Position numbers and translations under genes: made by a program. Positions 62,275-64,000 of a stretch of DNA of 64,000 bases are shown piece by piece. Each line of letters starts with the position of its first letter. Position 1 is the first letter of the stretch. The notes under the pieces were generated by a model. The model saw nothing but the letters and a program-made list of their open reading frames with translations. It ran no database searches and had not been told where the DNA came from. This DNA comes from Candidatus Moraniibacteriota bacterium (GTDB lineage: Bacteria > Patescibacteriota > Minisyncoccia > Moranbacterales > UBA1568): positions 2,255 to 66,254 of the forward strand of contig JBBIRD010000001.1 of the NCBI GenBank assembly GCA_037441965.1, given 5' to 3'.

Positions 62275-63162
62275 ATGGATAAATATAAAATAAAATTTTT
62301 GCTCCTCTTTTTATTGATTCTTGTTCTAGTATGTTTTGCATATTTCTTCTTCAAGTTCAAGAAACCATCTGTACCTATTGATGAAACATATGTTCTTGGT
62401 AAACAAAACGAATTATATAGTTTTAATGATTCTTCACAATCCAAAGTAGAAGTAATAAAAGAATTAAAAGATGTTTCTTTGGATACAAAAATAAACACAA
62501 AAACAAGGCTATTAGCAGGAACAGTGGTCGTTGGATCTTTTTTTGATTTTGGTATGCAATTAGAAAAAGGATTTTCTCCAAATTCTTTTACCGAAAGAGA
62601 GATCTATGAATATTCTAAACAAATAAATTCTTTAGGTAATTCGAAAACAGATTTACTGACAGCATATATTGGTTTGACATTTTATCCTCAAGAGATGACT
62701 GCTGAATCAGTCTCTTCTCTTCTCCGTTCATATCAAGAATATGCAAAGAATCTATCCTCTACAGATACAGATTGTTCTGGGGAATCCAAGTTTGCTTCTG
62801 TGTTGTATTTGTCTCAGAAAAACAATCTCACCCCTGTTATTGATGAGTTTGGTAATTATTTTGATGCTTTTGAGCGAGCAGATAATTTATGTCGTACAAA
62901 TCGCAAGAAGAATGTTTTTAGGCAATTTATGTGGTTAGCTGCTTTGAGTGATATTGGTAAATCTTCTAGAGAAGAAGAAAAGGCTCAGGAAATTGTTCAA
63001 TTTCTGATCGATAAAGAAAATTTGGTCAGTAAAGCAACATTATCGCAATACCTTAAAAATAGTTACTTTGCTTCTAAGAAAGAGCCTGATACTGTTATCA
63101 TTGTTGATCGATTGATTGCAAAATATCCAGCATTTAAATCTTTCGTAGAGAGTTTACAATAA
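62275..63162 (+). CDS. Hypothetical membrane-anchored protein in the rSAM cluster
   Basis: It has an N-terminal TM helix and I recognise no motifs. Spacing is tight on both sides. Confidence 0.5.
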   Translation: MDKYKIKFLLLFLLILVLVCFAYFFFKFKKPSVPIDETYVLGKQNELYSFNDSSQSKVEVIKELKDVSLDTKINTKTRLLAGTVVVGSFFDFGMQLEKGFSPNSFTEREIYEYSKQINSLGNSKTDLLTAYIGLTFYPQEMTAESVSSLLRSYQEYAKNLSSTDTDCSGESKFASVLYLSQKNNLTPVIDEFGNYFDAFERADNLCRTNRKKNVFRQFMWLAALSDIGKSSREEEKAQEIVQFLIDKENLVSKATLSQYLKNSYFASKKEPDTVIIVDRLIAKYPAFKSFVESLQ

Positions 63163-63194
63163 TATCTCCTATTTTTCTATCTGTACCTTTGATT

Positions 63195-64000
63195 ATGCAA
63201 ATGAAAAATGCATCTTTGAATTTTTTAAAGACAGAAATTGAAAAGCAATGTTTTGAAACAATTAATGATAATGAAATACTACGTCAGTCATTTCCTCATA
63301 TGAAATGGTTGTTTGATTTCCGAATGATGATTTTGAAATCAAATTACCTTAATCTTATTAGCGAAATATTTTGGGAGAAATATCATAATCACAAGCCTTT
63401 TCAGATTGGTGGGTTAGAGATGGCTGCTATACCTCTTGTGTCAGCTATTTTGATGAAATTTCATGAACACGGAAGAGAGCTAAATGGTTTCATAATCAGG
63501 AAGTCAAGAAAAAAAACTGGTTTGTTGAAGATGATTGAAGGTGAAATTACTCACGAGCCAATTATTCTTATTGATGATTTAATCAATTCAGGTTCGAGCA
63601 TCTTGAGGCAAATTGATGTTTTAGATCAATTGAACAGGCGTGTAGATGAGATTTTTGTAATACTTCGATTTCGAGATAAAGAACACTATTCGTTTCTGCA
63701 GGAGAAGAATATAGTTCTTTATTCTCTTTTTGAGTTAGATGATTTTACAGATACTCTATTCATCTCTAATCTTAAAGAAAGTATAGAAAATAATCAGGGT
63801 ATTCAAAATCCATTCGAATCAAATCCTGTGTGGTATTTTCAAGGGAAATCACCAAATTATTTTTTTGTTTTTCCAAAATCTGCACCAATTGTTTGTGGTA
63901 ATAAAGTTTTTTTTGGTACTGATGACGGGACATTTTTTGCGTTAGGAACAGATAGGGGAGATATACAATGGACATATAAGATTTTATTTGGATCGCAAGG
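63195..64000 (+). CDS. Type I phosphoribosyltransferase (PyrE-like) fused to a PQQ-like beta-propeller, 3' partial
   Basis: It has the PRPP-binding motif PIILIDDLINSGSS and a C-terminal PQQ-type blade FFALGTDRGDIQWTYK. The frame is open to the window end. Confidence 0.6.
   Translation, partial: MQMKNASLNFLKTEIEKQCFETINDNEILRQSFPHMKWLFDFRMMILKSNYLNLISEIFWEKYHNHKPFQIGGLEMAAIPLVSAILMKFHEHGRELNGFIIRKSRKKTGLLKMIEGEITHEPIILIDDLINSGSSILRQIDVLDQLNRRVDEIFVILRFRDKEHYSFLQEKNIVLYSLFELDDFTDTLFISNLKESIENNQGIQNPFESNPVWYFQGKSPNYFFVFPKSAPIVCGNKVFFGTDDGTFFALGTDRGDIQWTYKILFGSQ

Overview
This is a low-GC bacterial window of about 36% GC with tightly packed genes, and its features suggest a Candidate Phyla Radiation/Patescibacteria-type genome. 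That assignment is inferred from the sequence, not a database result: there is no L30 gene between rpsE and rplO, the ribosomal supercluster stops after map, a 23S-5S rRNA unit has no adjacent 16S, and there are many membrane-anchored proteins of unknown function.

The window contains, in order:
- A partial coiled-coil protein at the 5' edge.
- A giant 2160-aa FG-GAP repeat surface protein, followed in apparent operon by two alkaline-phosphatase-superfamily ectoenzymes (one LtaS/sulfatase-like, one NPP-like) and a small membrane protein.
- A divergent orphan NMT1/SsuA-like binding protein.
- The complete str-S10-spc-alpha ribosomal supercluster: rpsL, rpsG, fusA, tuf, rpsJ, rplC, rplD, rplW, rplB, rpsS, rplV, rpsC, rplP, rpmC, rpsQ, rplN, rplX, rplE, rpsZ, rpsH, rplF, rplR, rpsE, rplO, secY, adk, map.
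- ruvX, an orphan CheY-like receiver, leuS, a sugar nucleotidyltransferase, a DnaQ-like exonuclease, a PAP2 phosphatase and folD.
- tRNA-Leu(CAA), then a small GC-rich membrane-peptide gene with its own promoter and terminator.
- parA and parB, then a polytopic membrane protein with TPR repeats.
- A 23S-5S rRNA unit with a perfect consensus promoter and a flanking processing stem.
- A hypothetical protein, rodA/ftsW, secG, an orphan family-5 binding protein, PGI/PMI, manC and tRNA-Leu(CAG).
- RNase J, an FN3-like membrane protein, trpS, a PMM/PGM gene on the minus strand, and ychF.
- At the 3' end, a cluster that looks previously undescribed: a B12-binding-like radical SAM enzyme fused to a PQQ/BamB-like beta-propeller, a small signal/leader-bearing Cys-rich peptide, a membrane-anchored protein, and a PyrE-like phosphoribosyltransferase fused to a similar beta-propeller.

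I found no CRISPR array, reverse transcriptase, transposase or integrase.
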